The notes: a model not told the origin generated them from the sequence alone. A DNA stretch of 64,000 bases from an uncultured Bacteroidia bacterium (GCA_937922655.1 CALAJH010000030.1:64107-128106); one strand, 5' to 3'; positions 35,286 to 45,818 are shown, numbered from the stretch's first letter. Numbers and translations: made by a program.

Positions 35286-36752
35286 ATGAAAACGGTGGAC
35301 GTAGCGGTGGTGGGTTCGGGGGTGGGGGCGTTGACGGCGGCGGCGCTGGCGGCCAAAGCCGGAATGTCGGTTTTGGTTCTGGAAGCCAACTATCTACCCG
35401 GCGGCTGTTGCTCTTCTTATTGGCGCAAGGGATACGTTTTTGAAACGGGCGCCACGACGCTCGTCGGCTTTGACCCCGGACAACCCCTCGCCCTCGTACG
35501 CGACGCCCTTGGCCTCGACCTGCCTTTGGTCAAACTCGATTTGCCCATGACCGTTTATCTGGACGGTCTTAAAATTCCCCGCATTCAAAATCCCGACGAA
35601 TGGACGGAAACGGCGGTTCGCGTTTTTGGACCCCAACAACGGGGCTTTTGGAAAACGGCCTTAAAACTTTCCGATTTTGTTTGGAGGGTTTCGGGAAAAA
35701 ATCTTCGTTTCCCGCCGGCGAATTTTGCCGACTTCGTCCGGCTTCCCTTTAACAACCGGCCGTCCGACCTTCCCTACCTGCGTTACGCCTTCGTTTCTAC
35801 GCGAAAGGTCATGCAAAAATTCGGTGTGGACGACGAAAAATTTTTGCGTTTTGTAAACGAACAACTGCTTATTAGCGCGCAAAGCGTCGCCGACGATACT
35901 CCTTTTCTTTTCGCCGCCCCGGCGCTTTGTTATACCAATTACTCCAATTATTATCTCAAAGGAGGGATGATAGGTTTGGCGGCGGCGCTTATCGCCAAAA
36001 TCGGTGAATTCGGCGGGGAGGTTAGGCTTCGCGCCCCCGTGAAAAAAATTTCCGGAGAGTTTGTCGTCGAAATCGAAAAGTCCGAAGCCGTTCGTGCAAA
36101 AAACGTCGTTTCGGGAATTCCTTTGTGGAATTTGCCCGGCGTCGTCGATGGTCCGTTGAAAGCGTATTTTCAGCGTCAAGCCGATAAACTTAGGCAATAT
36201 TGGGGGGCGTTGTCGTGGGGAATCGCGGTCAAAGATACGCTCGGCGACGATTTGCATCATCAAATCATTCTCCCCAAAGACCGGAGCCTGCCTCACGCCC
36301 GTTCCCGTTCGTTGTTCGTTTCGCTTTCGATGCGGGGGGATAAATTTCGCGCCCCGGAGGGGACGAGGGTATTGGCGGTTTCGACACATGCGGAGAACCC
36401 CGTTTCGTGGTTCAACGACCCCGACTACGAGCGCAAGAAAGCCGAGGCGACCGAGGCTATGTACCGGGTTTTGGAGGAGAGTTTGCCGGGCTTCGAGCGT
36501 TCGAGCGTATGGTATGAACTCTCGTCTACGCCCAAGACGTGGGCCGATTGGACGTTTCGGCACGAGGGCTCGGTGGGAGGATTGCCTCAAACGCTCAAAC
36601 GACCGATATTCTCATGGCACGGCGCCGTTACGCCCCATCCGCGTTTTTTTCTTTGCGGCGACACCGTTTATCCGGGTCAGGGGGCGCCGGGGGTAACGCT
36701 TTCCGGTATCATTGCCGCTTGCCGTCTGCTTAAACGCAATCCCCTTCTTTGA
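35286..36752 (+). CDS. FAD-dependent oxidoreductase of the phytoene desaturase (CrtI/CrtD) family
   Basis: Dinucleotide-binding VAVVGSGVGALTAAALAAKAGMSVLVLEANYLPGGCC and the C-terminal FFLCGDTVYPGQGAPGVTLSG motif. Confidence 0.75.
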   Translation: MKTVDVAVVGSGVGALTAAALAAKAGMSVLVLEANYLPGGCCSSYWRKGYVFETGATTLVGFDPGQPLALVRDALGLDLPLVKLDLPMTVYLDGLKIPRIQNPDEWTETAVRVFGPQQRGFWKTALKLSDFVWRVSGKNLRFPPANFADFVRLPFNNRPSDLPYLRYAFVSTRKVMQKFGVDDEKFLRFVNEQLLISAQSVADDTPFLFAAPALCYTNYSNYYLKGGMIGLAAALIAKIGEFGGEVRLRAPVKKISGEFVVEIEKSEAVRAKNVVSGIPLWNLPGVVDGPLKAYFQRQADKLRQYWGALSWGIAVKDTLGDDLHHQIILPKDRSLPHARSRSLFVSLSMRGDKFRAPEGTRVLAVSTHAENPVSWFNDPDYERKKAEATEAMYRVLEESLPGFERSSVWYELSSTPKTWADWTFRHEGSVGGLPQTLKRPIFSWHGAVTPHPRFFLCGDTVYPGQGAPGVTLSGIIAACRLLKRNPLL

Positions 36753-36831
36753 CCGCGAGACTCAAACGCGCTTAAAAACGCAGTCCGACGGCTTTGGGTC
36801 CCGGCTTGTTTTAACGGACGAGCGAAACCGC

Positions 36832-38316
36832 TTATTTAACTGCGATGAATCCGGCGGCGCCGTAAAGTTTTTCCACCGCCGAAATCACGCCCGAGGGATA
36901 AACGCCCAAAATTAACAGGGTGAGGGTTAAGGCAAGGGCGCCGGTCATCGGCAAAGCCCCCCCTGAAAATTGAAGTTCCGCACGCTCGTCTTCCGATTTG
37001 TAAAAATACATATAGACCATGACGCGAAGATAATAGTAAGCGCCGACCACCGAGGTCAATATACCGACAATAGCGGGCAGATATAGCCCGGCTTTCACCG
37101 CCGCCCCAAAAACAAGGTATTTGCCGACAAACCCGGCCAAAGGGGGCATACCCGCCAAAGAAAACAAAAATACACTCATTGCCCCACCGGCCCAAGGATA
37201 TTTTAATCCGAATCCTTTCCAAGACTCGATATCGTTGTCGCCCTCTTGGTTTTCGACGGCGGCAATCACGCCGAAAGCCCCAATCGTCGTCAGCGAGTAA
37301 ATCAACATATAAAATAGAACGGCCTTGTATCCGTAGGCGCCCGAACATACTCCCAGTATCAGGTAACCGGAATGGGCTATGGACGAATAAGCCAAAAGGC
37401 GTTTGAGGTTGGTTTGCCGTACGGCCACGACGTTTCCGTAAATCATTGAAGCGACGGCCAATAGCGAGAGTACGCCAATGATTTTATCGTTGTTTTCCGG
37501 GGAAATTTTCAACATAAAAAAACTAAACGCGGCAAAGGCCGCCAACTTTGCCCCTGCGGCCATGAACCCGGCCAAAGGCGTCGGGGTTCCGGTGTATACG
37601 TCGGGGGTCCAGTTGTGGAACGGAAACGCCGCCACCTTAAACAAGAAGCCCACAAGCACCAAACCCACGGCTATGAAAAACATCGGGTTTTCGGCAAGTT
37701 GGGTCGTTACGCCCGCCAACAAATCCAAGCGCGTGGTCGGAAATCCTTCTTTGGCCACCGTCCCCGACAAACCGTAAAGCAACGCGATGCCGTAAAGCAT
37801 GAATGCGCTTGCAAAAGCCCCCAAAAGCAGATATTTCAAGCCCGCCTCGTTGGAGCGGCGGTCGCGGGGAAAAAGCCCCGCCATGACGTACAAACACACC
37901 GACATGACCTCCAAACCGATGAAAACGATGACCAAATCGTTGGCGTTGGCCAGCATAATCATGCCGATAATCGAAAAAACGACAAGCGTATAGGCCTCGG
38001 CGTCGTCGTCGTGCTTTCGCAGCAGGTAGCCGTCGATAAAAAATACCGAAATGATGCCGCCGATACACAAAAACAGATGAATAAGCGAGGCGATGCCGCC
38101 GAAGGCAATCATGTTGTTGAAATGCAGGCCGTATTCGTTGGCCAGCGAACCTTCGTGCGGGAAAGCCAACAATCCCGAAAGCGCCATGCCCATAACCGCC
38201 AACACCGGCACGTTTTGCCGTTTGCCTAAAGCGTCGAACAACATTAGGACCAAGCCCGTTATCAATAATATGATGAGCGGCGCCGCGTGCATCATATCGT
38301 CGGGGTTAAACTTCAT
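36832..38316 (-). CDS. nuoN: NADH-quinone oxidoreductase subunit N-like proton-pumping membrane protein
   Basis: About 14 TM segments. FPFHNWTPDVYTGTPTP, LLAYSSIAHSGYLILG and GMPPLAGFVGKY are typical of NuoN/ND2. No other nuo genes flank it. Confidence 0.8.
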   Translation of the reverse strand: MKFNPDDMMHAAPLIILLITGLVLMLFDALGKRQNVPVLAVMGMALSGLLAFPHEGSLANEYGLHFNNMIAFGGIASLIHLFLCIGGIISVFFIDGYLLRKHDDDAEAYTLVVFSIIGMIMLANANDLVIVFIGLEVMSVCLYVMAGLFPRDRRSNEAGLKYLLLGAFASAFMLYGIALLYGLSGTVAKEGFPTTRLDLLAGVTTQLAENPMFFIAVGLVLVGFLFKVAAFPFHNWTPDVYTGTPTPLAGFMAAGAKLAAFAAFSFFMLKISPENNDKIIGVLSLLAVASMIYGNVVAVRQTNLKRLLAYSSIAHSGYLILGVCSGAYGYKAVLFYMLIYSLTTIGAFGVIAAVENQEGDNDIESWKGFGLKYPWAGGAMSVFLFSLAGMPPLAGFVGKYLVFGAAVKAGLYLPAIVGILTSVVGAYYYLRVMVYMYFYKSEDERAELQFSGGALPMTGALALTLTLLILGVYPSGVISAVEKLYGAAGFIAVK

Positions 38317-38677
38317 TTTTCGTCGCGTGCTAATTCGGACGTGAAATTACATATAATCCCCGTACTTGCAAAATATGCCGCGTTCACGACAAAAATACCC
38401 GCTTCAAGTTCCCGACGTCCGTTGAAAAATCCGGGGTTATTCATCCGTGCGCCCGCTCTCCGAATCTTGAAAATCGGAAAACAAAAAATAAAAATATGCG
38501 TAAAACAAGCTTGTCTCGTTTGAATTCCGCCGCAAGCGTTCGTTGGTTTGGAGTCGTTTTATTCGCAACGGTGGGCGTATAAATAGGAACAAACTATTAA
38601 ACCTAATTCACATGGAACAAATTGTGGCGCCGACCGCATGGTTAAATCTATTTGCAACGGCTTGCGCACCCGCATAC

Positions 38678-38685
38678 TAACTTTG
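38678..38685 (+). promoter_or_regulatory. Bacteroidota -7 box (TAnnTTTG)
   Basis: TAACTTTG lies 21 nt upstream of the ATG at 38706. Confidence 0.45.
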
Positions 38686-38705
38686 CACCACAAAGCATCG
38701 GGTTT

Positions 38706-39425
38706 ATGGAATACGCGATAGGGTCATGGATAATGACGCAGGCAGAAGGAGTGATGAGCGCGGAAGCGGTGGACGCGGCGCTCAAAAAACCGGTCGAAAT
38801 CACGCTTTTCGACTTGGCGTGGATGGGGGGCTGGGCAATGATTCCGTTGGGGCTTTTGCTCGTGGCGGGCATTTACGTTTATTTTGAACGGTGGATGACC
38901 ATACGCCGTTCGAACGCCGACCCCGAACCCTTTATTCGGGAAGTAAGGGCGTTGGTGCTTCAAGGCGAAGTGGCAAGGGCGCAGGCCATCTGCGAACGCA
39001 CACAAACGCCGTTTGCCCGTTTGGTTTCCAAGGGCATCAAGCGGCTGGGGCACCCCTTGCCCGACATCGCCGCCGCCATCGAAAACGAAGCCAAGCTCGA
39101 ACTCACACGCTTGGAAAAAAAGCTTGGCATCTTGGCGACCATTGCCGGCGCCGCGCCTATGGTTGGATTCTTGGGAACCGTATCGGGACTCATTACCGCC
39201 TTTATGACCATTTCCCACATGGAGGGCAACATTAGCCCCAAAGAATTGGCCGACGGCATTTACCAAGCCATGATTACCACGGCGGCGGGCCTTATCGTCG
39301 GCATTCCCGCTTACGTCGGTTACAACTATCTTACCACGCTCGTCGCCGACGTCGTTTCCAAAATGGAAATCACTTCCACCGAGTTCATCGACCTGCTTCA
39401 AGAACCCGTAAGAACCCACTATTAA
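38706..39425 (+). CDS. exbB: MotA/TolQ/ExbB proton-channel family protein
   Basis: Three TM helices. LGILATIAGAAPMVGFLGTVSGLITAF and ADGIYQAMITTAAGLIVGIPA are seen. It is followed by exbD. Confidence 0.85.
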   Translation: MEYAIGSWIMTQAEGVMSAEAVDAALKKPVEITLFDLAWMGGWAMIPLGLLLVAGIYVYFERWMTIRRSNADPEPFIREVRALVLQGEVARAQAICERTQTPFARLVSKGIKRLGHPLPDIAAAIENEAKLELTRLEKKLGILATIAGAAPMVGFLGTVSGLITAFMTISHMEGNISPKELADGIYQAMITTAAGLIVGIPAYVGYNYLTTLVADVVSKMEITSTEFIDLLQEPVRTHY

Positions 39426-39428
39426 ACC

Positions 39429-39821
39429 ATGGCGCTCAAACCGCGAAACCGCCCCTCGACCGACCTGAGTCTCGCTTCCATGTCGGACATCGTCTTTTTG
39501 TTGTTGATATTTTTTATGCTCACCTCGTCGTTTGTTCAGCAGGGCGTGAAGGTGGACTTGCCCCAAGCCTCGGCCAACAAACCCAGTGAAGGAAAATACA
39601 CCGTTACCGTCACGACCGAAGGCGCTTACTATTGGAACGACCGGAAAATCAAACGAGACGAGGTGGAACGCTACGTCGAAGCCGCCGCCCAAAAAGAAGC
39701 CGGGCCTTTGGCCATCACCCTGCGCACCGATAAGGACGTTATCATGGAGGACGCCGCCTTCGTTATGAGCCACATTGCCAAGCACGGCGGAAGCGTAGTC
39801 ATCGCCACCAAGAACAAATAA
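39429..39821 (+). CDS. exbD: Biopolymer transporter ExbD/TolR
   Basis: SLASMSDIVFLLLIFFMLTSSF is the TM segment, and a periplasmic domain follows. The gene lies 3 nt after exbB. Confidence 0.85.
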   Translation: MALKPRNRPSTDLSLASMSDIVFLLLIFFMLTSSFVQQGVKVDLPQASANKPSEGKYTVTVTTEGAYYWNDRKIKRDEVERYVEAAAQKEAGPLAITLRTDKDVIMEDAAFVMSHIAKHGGSVVIATKNK

Positions 39822-39855
39822 AACCGGAAAATTCAAACGCCCGTCCGCTCACGGC

Positions 39856-40608
39856 TCAGTGGTTGTAAATGGTGGTCGGGTAGGGGAGGCGGTCAATGAT
39901 TTTATGGGTGTGCGGCAGTTGGGAATGCAACATATAGACGGCTTCGTCCGTTAAGGGGTTGTTGCCGATGTGCAAAAAGCGTAAATGCTTCAGGTTTCCC
40001 ATCTCGGGAGGGAGGCGACGGAGATTGTTCCCGTTAAGCACAAGCGTTTCGATGTTTTCCCATTTGCCTATCGAGGAAGGAAGCGACAAAAGTTCGTTGT
40101 CGTTGAGGGCGACGGTGCGCAGTTCTTTCAGTTCACCGATTTCGCCCGGCAGAAAACGAATGAAATTGTACCCCAAGTTCAGCGTTCGCAGCTTTTTGAG
40201 CGAACCGATTTCGGGAGAAAGGCTGTCGATGAGGTTGTAACTTGCCGACAACTTTTTTAAATTGAAAAGTTTGCCTATATCGCCGGGAAGAAAGCTCAAT
40301 AAATTGTATTCGACGTTAAGCTCTTGAAGGTTTCGCAATTCAAAAACACCGGGGGGAATTTCGGTTAGTCCGCATCGGGTGATTTTGAGTTCTTGGAGTT
40401 GTGTAAAAGACTTGACGACGGACAATTTTTCTTGTAGGTTTTTGGGTTTGAGTCCGGTCAGGTGGAGTCGATAGACTTTCGACGGATTTTTGCCCGCCGA
40501 TTTTAGGTTGTAATAGATGGGCGCCGCCGCCAGCTCCTCTGCGTCGAGCAGTTGGGCTTGGGCGCCGGCGAAGTTTATCAGCATGAGGGCGGTTATCAAA
40601 TTTCGCAT
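39856..40608 (-). CDS. Secreted leucine-rich repeat protein
   Basis: Signal peptide MRNLITALMLINFAGAQAQ, taking the ATG at 40608. About eight 23-aa LRRs are present (L..L.L..N.L..LP..IG.L..L). A hand-counted 60-nt sample is about 37% GC, well below surrounding genes. Confidence 0.8.
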   Translation of the reverse strand: MRNLITALMLINFAGAQAQLLDAEELAAAPIYYNLKSAGKNPSKVYRLHLTGLKPKNLQEKLSVVKSFTQLQELKITRCGLTEIPPGVFELRNLQELNVEYNLLSFLPGDIGKLFNLKKLSASYNLIDSLSPEIGSLKKLRTLNLGYNFIRFLPGEIGELKELRTVALNDNELLSLPSSIGKWENIETLVLNGNNLRRLPPEMGNLKHLRFLHIGNNPLTDEAVYMLHSQLPHTHKIIDRLPYPTTIYNH

Positions 40609-40867
40609 CGCATCCAGGGATAACGTCGCAAATTTACGTTTTGTGTCTTGCAAGAAAAAATTATTTCCTGCGCCGATTCAAACACGACCATTTTGGTCGC
40701 CCAAGCGTTGCAAAAGACGAAGCCGTTTGCAACGGCTTCGTCTTTTGTCCATTGTTTTGCCCGTCAATGGAAATTATATTATGTCCGCTCCGGAATTTGC
40801 CTCGGAAACGATTTTAAAAAACGACGTTGAATACAACTTTTGACAACGGGCGATTGTCGAAACGGGT

Positions 40868-41653
40868 TTATTCGTCCTCGGTGGCTTCTTCGAGCATTTC
40901 CGTTAAGTCGAAGTCGCGTTGATTGAGGAAGATCCGCCCGTGGCGGGCGTTAAGAAACGTGAGAAGTAGGTTGATGTGTCGTTTTTGTTGTTCGTCCAAG
41001 CCCGCACCCATTAAAGCGCCGACGTACTTGACGTGTTTTATCGCCTCCGAAATCACTTCGCGTCCTTTGGGGGTGATGTTTAGGATTTTGGAGCGTTTGT
41101 CGTTGGGATTGTCGTGCTGGGTGATGAGTTCCATTTGGATGAGCCGTCGAAGAATTTCCGTGCCGGTGGTTGGCTCGAACAGATTGAGGGCGATGACTTC
41201 GGATTTTTTAGGGTTTTCCAATTGCTCGGTGACCATGAGGAATCCCAGCTCGTCCAAAGACAGGTCTCGTGCCGCCGTTTCAAACCGGGATTTGTCGCTG
41301 TCGAAAACCCGCTTGAAATAGAAGCGCAAATACCTGTTCATGCGGACGATAAGATAAGTGAGCGCGTCGTCAAGGTTTTCGCGGGTAAGGAACGCGGAGG
41401 GAGTTTCTTCTGCCGGTTCCCCGTTTCGCTCGGCGAAAGCCGCCCGGGTGTAAATGGAGTAGGCCGCGCGGAGCGCCTCTTCCGGATTCATTTTTTCCGC
41501 ATTTTTAACGGGCGTCCATACAAAGTAAGGATGGGGAAGATGGCGTTGCAAGACCCAGAGGGCAAAGGATTCCGGAGACGGGTTGTTGACCACGGCTTCA
41601 TATTCACCCCACAGGTCTATCAGCCCTTTCAGCTTTTCATAACGGTTGCTCAT
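40868..41653 (-). CDS. Putative MarR-type winged-helix transcriptional regulator with an N-terminal extension
   Basis: ELGFLMVTEQLENPKKSEVIALNLFEPTTGTEILRRLIQMELITQHDNPNDKRSKILNITPKGREV is the MarR wHTH pattern. The N-terminal 130 aa is unassigned. Confidence 0.55.
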   Translation of the reverse strand: MSNRYEKLKGLIDLWGEYEAVVNNPSPESFALWVLQRHLPHPYFVWTPVKNAEKMNPEEALRAAYSIYTRAAFAERNGEPAEETPSAFLTRENLDDALTYLIVRMNRYLRFYFKRVFDSDKSRFETAARDLSLDELGFLMVTEQLENPKKSEVIALNLFEPTTGTEILRRLIQMELITQHDNPNDKRSKILNITPKGREVISEAIKHVKYVGALMGAGLDEQQKRHINLLLTFLNARHGRIFLNQRDFDLTEMLEEATEDE

Positions 41654-41811
41654 TTTTGGGTAAATGATGTTCGGTAATGAATAATGTTGTAGGTTGCGGT
41701 CGCTCCTTCGAATATTTTTTAACAAGGGAACGATAATGTTGCAAAATTACATAAGTTATTACTTTGACCCAAAAAAATATGCAAAAGCAAGTAAAAAACG
41801 CGTCGTTTTCT

Positions 41812-42288
41812 TTAAATTGCCATTGCCATCCAATTCCGCTCTCGCAACATGGACACGACCTTGCGGTCGATGGGAAAAGTAAAAAAATCGGGTTCGAGCT
41901 TGTCGATTTCCATCCATCGAAAACCTTGTATTTCCGATTCGCTTTCACGCGGAGAAATGGGCATGTCGGTGGGTGAACGCACAAGGTAATACACGCTGAT
42001 GATTTGCCGTTCGGGATTGAAGGCCGAAGCCACAAAAAAATCCGTGGTGTAAAAATGCTTTGCCGATAGAATGGGAAGCCCCGTTTCTTCACGCCATTCT
42101 CGATGAAGGCAATCGAGAATGCCTTCGCCAAATTCCAGTCCTCCCCCGGGCATTTTGGTTACCGCTCTGCCGTTGATAATCTCGTCCACCAAAAGCAGAC
42201 TTCCGTTTTCCACCCAAAGACCGTAAACCCGAACGTTGAATCCCCGCATTTGTTTTATATCTTCAATGGGAAATTCAAAATTTATCAA
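41812..42288 (-). CDS. NUDIX hydrolase
   Basis: NUDIX box GGGLEFGEGILDCLHREWREETG. The start is TTG at 42288 or ATG at 42249. Confidence 0.85.
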   Translation of the reverse strand: MINFEFPIEDIKQMRGFNVRVYGLWVENGSLLLVDEIINGRAVTKMPGGGLEFGEGILDCLHREWREETGLPILSAKHFYTTDFFVASAFNPERQIISVYYLVRSPTDMPISPRESESEIQGFRWMEIDKLEPDFFTFPIDRKVVSMLRERNWMAMAI

Positions 42289-42294
42289 AAAGGT

Positions 42295-45200
42295 TCAATC
42301 AAACGCGACAACCTCGGGATTGCCCGCCGGCAAAAAACGCGGTCGGGGAAATTGAGACATATAACCCGAACCCGGATAAAATTCGTCGCGGCGTTTGCGT
42401 CCGTCGGGCCAACGATATTCGATGGACTTTGATTTCGACATTGCCGGGGTGGTTGGGAGGGTTTGATAACGGAAAAAAAGAGGGGAGGCGGAATTGCGTG
42501 CGGCGACAACGACGGGTTTTCCCGAAGCCAAATGCATATATGCCAACGCCCTGCCTTCTTCGCGCACCCAAAAACCGGATTGTTCGGGAAAAACGGGTTT
42601 AAAACGGCCCTTGCCGTCGTTGTTGAGAACGATTCCGTTCATGGCGTCCCAGCGTCCGAGATCGTGAAAAATTCCCGCATCCCCTCCGGTCATAAGCACG
42701 TCCAAATCCCCGTCGTGGTCGTAGTCGAGCGGCAGAATGCCGTAAACCGGACCCCATTGCGCGGCTTGCGGGGCGGGATGAAGCGCAAAATCCCATGCGA
42801 AGCCTTTTTTGCCCCGGTTTTCGACCCATAGCGTTTGGGGTTCCTTCATCATGACGACAAACGAGCTGTCGGATTCAAGTCCCATCATTACCGAATCCAC
42901 CGTTGCCAAACCGTATTGGTGATAAGTATAAAAGTTTTTGAAAAGCAGCGGCAGATGTTTGCAAAGCTGGTCGCGTCCCGGGACGGGAACGGTTTTTCCA
43001 TCCATCGGGTAAAACAAAATGGGGTCAAGGTGGCCGTTTTTGTCGTAGTCGCCGACGTATTGAAGTACGGGCGTTTGCGGGCTTGCGCGAAACCGGTGGT
43101 TTAAGCCGACGTTTCCAAAAAAGTAATCCATGTCGCCGTCGCCGTCGAAGTCTCCGGCAACGACCGAGTTCCACCATCCTTCGGTGTTTCGGAAGGCGGG
43201 AACGAGCGCTCTATCCAGTATTCCGTTTTTGTTTTCAAAGAGGATGAGCGGGGTCCATTCGCCGGCCATGACGAGGTCGGGGTCGCCGTCGTTGTCGGCG
43301 TCGGTCCATATGGCGGCGCAAATTTGCCCGACCTGTTCGAGGGCCGGGGCGTATTTGGCGGTTTGGTCGATAAATTTACCGCCTTCGTTGACAAGAAGCC
43401 GATGTTTGGGGGCAAAGGGAATAAGGCCGGGGACAAGCCTTCCGGGGACGAAAAGGTCGACGTCGCCGTCGGAGTCGAAATCCGCGGCCGCCGCACACAT
43501 CCCCGCCCCGTGTTCGCGAAATTCTTGCGCCAAAGAAAAACGGCCTTTTCCGTCGTTAAAAAACAAGGCGTCGGCGTTGGAGCGGGTTTCGTTGCCGCCG
43601 CGTACCGAAAAAACGTCAAGGTCGCCGTCGTTGTCGGCGTCGAAAAACAGCGTTCCGAGTTCGTCCGCCTCTTCGACGGAAAAATTCGTTCCCGTGGCGT
43701 GTAATCGTCCGTCGGGGCCGGAAAGATAAAGTTCGCCCGGCCGTCCGGAAAAATAGACGTCGTCCACGCCGTCGCCGTTGACGTCGTCCACGGCGACGGC
43801 CGGCCCTTGTCGGGATTGGCGGCGATGCAAAAGCCGGTCGCGCAAAAAGTCGTCGAACACGTTTTCCTTGTGGACGAACTCGGACGTCAATACCGATTCG
43901 TCGATTTGAAAAACGGTTTTGGACGGCGCGGGTGGATTTGATTTTTGGGCGTTGGAATATTTAAGCGTGAGGGTTTGATTGGCTTTTATGTTTTCCAGCT
44001 TTTGAAATTTTCCGTCGGGCCATCGTATTTCCAGCGCCGGAACGACGGACAAGTCGCCCAAGCCAAAAAACAACAACGGCTCGACCGACGACAAATAACC
44101 GCGCTGAGGATTGAGCGTGCGAACCTGTACGTCTCCCTGCGCCGCGCCGGGATGTCGCAACGTTACGTTCGCTCCGATTGCGTTTTTACCCTCGATTTTG
44201 ACGCGCAAAAAATTACCCCTTTGCTGTTCGACGGCCATGTTTTGATAAACAAAAACGGCGGTGTCTTGATTTTGTACAATGAGGTCCAAATCGCCGTCGC
44301 CGTCCAAGTCCCCGTAGGCTGCGCCGCTTGAAATCGTGTAATAATTTCCCAGCCATTCCATCGAACGGTTTTTCAAAGCTATCGAATCCGTCGTTCCCGC
44401 GTTTTGCATTATTACATTCAAGGAACGGGCGTAGGGATGGGTTTTGGACATGAGCGTATCCTCGTCGGGCAAAAGCGGTTTTGGAGAAAAACTGCGGTGG
44501 CGGGGATGGGTGTAGTCGGGTTTGAATTCGTTGTTGCGTTTGACTTGGTCCATGTAATAGTCGTGTTTGTAACCGTTGGAAATGAAAAGGTCGGGTTTGC
44601 CGTCGAGGTCGAAATCGGCGATGAGCGGCGTCCATGACCAATCCGAACGTTCGACGCCCAACAAGGCGGCAATTTCGACGTACCTGCCGTTGCCCAGATT
44701 CAAATGAAAAGCGTTCTGAACAAATTGGGGCGTTCCCAACTTTTGGCTCTCCTCAAAAGCCCAACGGCTGAAACTAAACACCGTGGTTTTTTCATGGTAG
44801 TTGTCCATCGGGAGCATATCGACGGTCATGAGGTCGGCACGTCCGTCGTTGTTGAGGTCGGCGTAGTCGCAACCCATGGAAAAGTGGGGGGTGTGTCCGA
44901 AAGTTTCGCGTCCTTTTTCAACAAATTTGCCATCGATTTGCAAATAAAGTTTGTCGGGTCGGGCGAAGTCGTTGCAAACGTAGATGTCGGGCGTGCCGTC
45001 GTTGTTGAAGTCGGCGATGTGCGCCGAAAGCGTCGAGGCCCAATCCTCGCCCGGAAGGGTTACGGGGGGTAAAAAGCGTTGGTTGCGGTCGTTGTAATAA
45101 ATTCTGTTTCCGGCTCTGGGATAAGGCTTGTCGGAATAATGAGCGTAACCGCCAAAATTTGAAATGCCGTCGGGTTTGGTGTTGCAAAGAAACATATCGA

Positions 45201-45690
45201 GGTCGCCGTCGGAATCCAAGTCGTAAAAATAGGCTTGCACCGAACGGCCGCAATCGTCCACGCCCCATTCGCGGGCGCATTCCTTGAATTTTAAGTTTCC
45301 CAAATTGAGCCACAAACGATTGACCGACCGCATGGAATCTTCGGTCGCCCGCGAAAGATAAATGTCCAAAAGTCCGTCGCCGTTAACGTCGGCCAGCGCC
45401 ACGCCCGAAACGAATCGTGGAATCGAATCCGTCAATTGCGCCTCGCTTGTAACGTCTTTGAACTTAAAGCCGCCCAAATTTTTAAAAAGTTTGTAAGGGT
45501 GGTGCTGGGAAACGAAAATCAGTTCGGGCAGGCCGTCGTTGTCGAGGTCGCCGACGCCTACGCCTTGACCGTTCAATATTTCGTATCCCGAAATCAAACC
45601 GTTGCAGCGGTTGACGAAATCAACCACCCCGGGTCGCAATTCAAACAAAGGTTGGGCGTAAAGCGAGGCCCCTAGCAAAAATATCCACAT
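42295..45690 (-). CDS. FG-GAP/VCBS repeat protein with an ASPIC/UnbV-type C-terminal region (CRTAC1 family)
   Basis: Many repeats of the form D.DGDGDLD........N.L..N.G.G.F are present. The C-terminal IEYRWPDGRKR..EF is like the UnbV_ASPIC segment. Confidence 0.85.
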   Translation of the reverse strand: MWIFLLGASLYAQPLFELRPGVVDFVNRCNGLISGYEILNGQGVGVGDLDNDGLPELIFVSQHHPYKLFKNLGGFKFKDVTSEAQLTDSIPRFVSGVALADVNGDGLLDIYLSRATEDSMRSVNRLWLNLGNLKFKECAREWGVDDCGRSVQAYFYDLDSDGDLDMFLCNTKPDGISNFGGYAHYSDKPYPRAGNRIYYNDRNQRFLPPVTLPGEDWASTLSAHIADFNNDGTPDIYVCNDFARPDKLYLQIDGKFVEKGRETFGHTPHFSMGCDYADLNNDGRADLMTVDMLPMDNYHEKTTVFSFSRWAFEESQKLGTPQFVQNAFHLNLGNGRYVEIAALLGVERSDWSWTPLIADFDLDGKPDLFISNGYKHDYYMDQVKRNNEFKPDYTHPRHRSFSPKPLLPDEDTLMSKTHPYARSLNVIMQNAGTTDSIALKNRSMEWLGNYYTISSGAAYGDLDGDGDLDLIVQNQDTAVFVYQNMAVEQQRGNFLRVKIEGKNAIGANVTLRHPGAAQGDVQVRTLNPQRGYLSSVEPLLFFGLGDLSVVPALEIRWPDGKFQKLENIKANQTLTLKYSNAQKSNPPAPSKTVFQIDESVLTSEFVHKENVFDDFLRDRLLHRRQSRQGPAVAVDDVNGDGVDDVYFSGRPGELYLSGPDGRLHATGTNFSVEEADELGTLFFDADNDGDLDVFSVRGGNETRSNADALFFNDGKGRFSLAQEFREHGAGMCAAAADFDSDGDVDLFVPGRLVPGLIPFAPKHRLLVNEGGKFIDQTAKYAPALEQVGQICAAIWTDADNDGDPDLVMAGEWTPLILFENKNGILDRALVPAFRNTEGWWNSVVAGDFDGDGDMDYFFGNVGLNHRFRASPQTPVLQYVGDYDKNGHLDPILFYPMDGKTVPVPGRDQLCKHLPLLFKNFYTYHQYGLATVDSVMMGLESDSSFVVMMKEPQTLWVENRGKKGFAWDFALHPAPQAAQWGPVYGILPLDYDHDGDLDVLMTGGDAGIFHDLGRWDAMNGIVLNNDGKGRFKPVFPEQSGFWVREEGRALAYMHLASGKPVVVAARNSASPLFFRYQTLPTTPAMSKSKSIEYRWPDGRKRRDEFYPGSGYMSQFPRPRFLPAGNPEVVAFD

Positions 45691-45818
45691 ATCGCAAAGT
45701 TAAAACAAATCGAGGGAAATTAACACGTTTGCGGACGCTCGACGTGTATCCAAAAATTTTTCTTCACAGGATAAAATACCGAAAAAAATACCTAAAATTG
45801 CGTTGGTTTAATATTTTT

